Shown: positions 63,731 to 64,000 of the stretch, one piece after another
Layout: each line of letters starts with the position of its first letter
Numbering within the stretch: the stretch's first letter is position 1
Assembly: GCF_001194135.2 (NCBI RefSeq)
Contig: NC_068984.1
Coordinates: 119,947,109-120,011,108 of the forward strand
Length of the DNA stretch: 64,000 nucleotides
From: Octopus bimaculoides
Lineage: Eukaryota
Direction: 5' to 3'
Made by a program: the position numbers and the translations under genes
Notes under the pieces: model-generated
Told to the model about the DNA's origin: nothing
Database searches by the model: none
What the model saw: only the letters and a program-made list of their open reading frames with translations

Positions 63731-64000
63731 TGAAACACATACAAAGTAAATGATATCTAGTTGATTAATACACCAACCATCTCCTATTCTGAGCTCCATA
63801 GTACGATTCCAACCCAACATTACATGTTGAGAAAATACCTGTCAGTTATAGAGCACCTTTGTTGATTACAACTGGTACATGTACCTTCTAATGGTACCAG
63901 GTTCCTGACATATGGATTGAGCTGGCATCAGGTGTATTAAGAAATGACTGGATATGGACCATTGATATTTCCTGTTATATGTCATGTCAGCATTCTATCT

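Overview
AT-rich, microsatellite-dense eukaryotic genomic DNA with many N gaps. The dominant SINE families look like those of an Octopus (coleoid cephalopod) genome; this is recognised from memory, not by search. Almost all of the window is non-coding and transposon-derived: several tRNA-type SINE families, RTE LINE relics and their (GAT)n-tailed 3' ends, a Tx1/L1-like LINE end, a Gypsy RNase H relic, a piggyBac-like relic, Tc1/mariner relics (D34D, D34E, D37D, D36E), and hAT-, TA- and TTAA-type MITEs. One plausible host-gene coding exon is present (25177-25403, product unidentified), plus a few weak exon candidates. There is no complete gene, rRNA, true tRNA or CRISPR array. The most unusual signals are: (i) a set of Penelope-type minimal hammerhead-ribozyme motifs, including a ~350-bp palindrome with one ribozyme motif in each arm; (ii) an RTE insertion with a twin-priming-type 5' inversion and a 13-bp TSD; (iii) a Tx1/L1-like element sitting in (GATA)n repeats whose 3' end resembles a SINE tail; (iv) several long fold-back structures.
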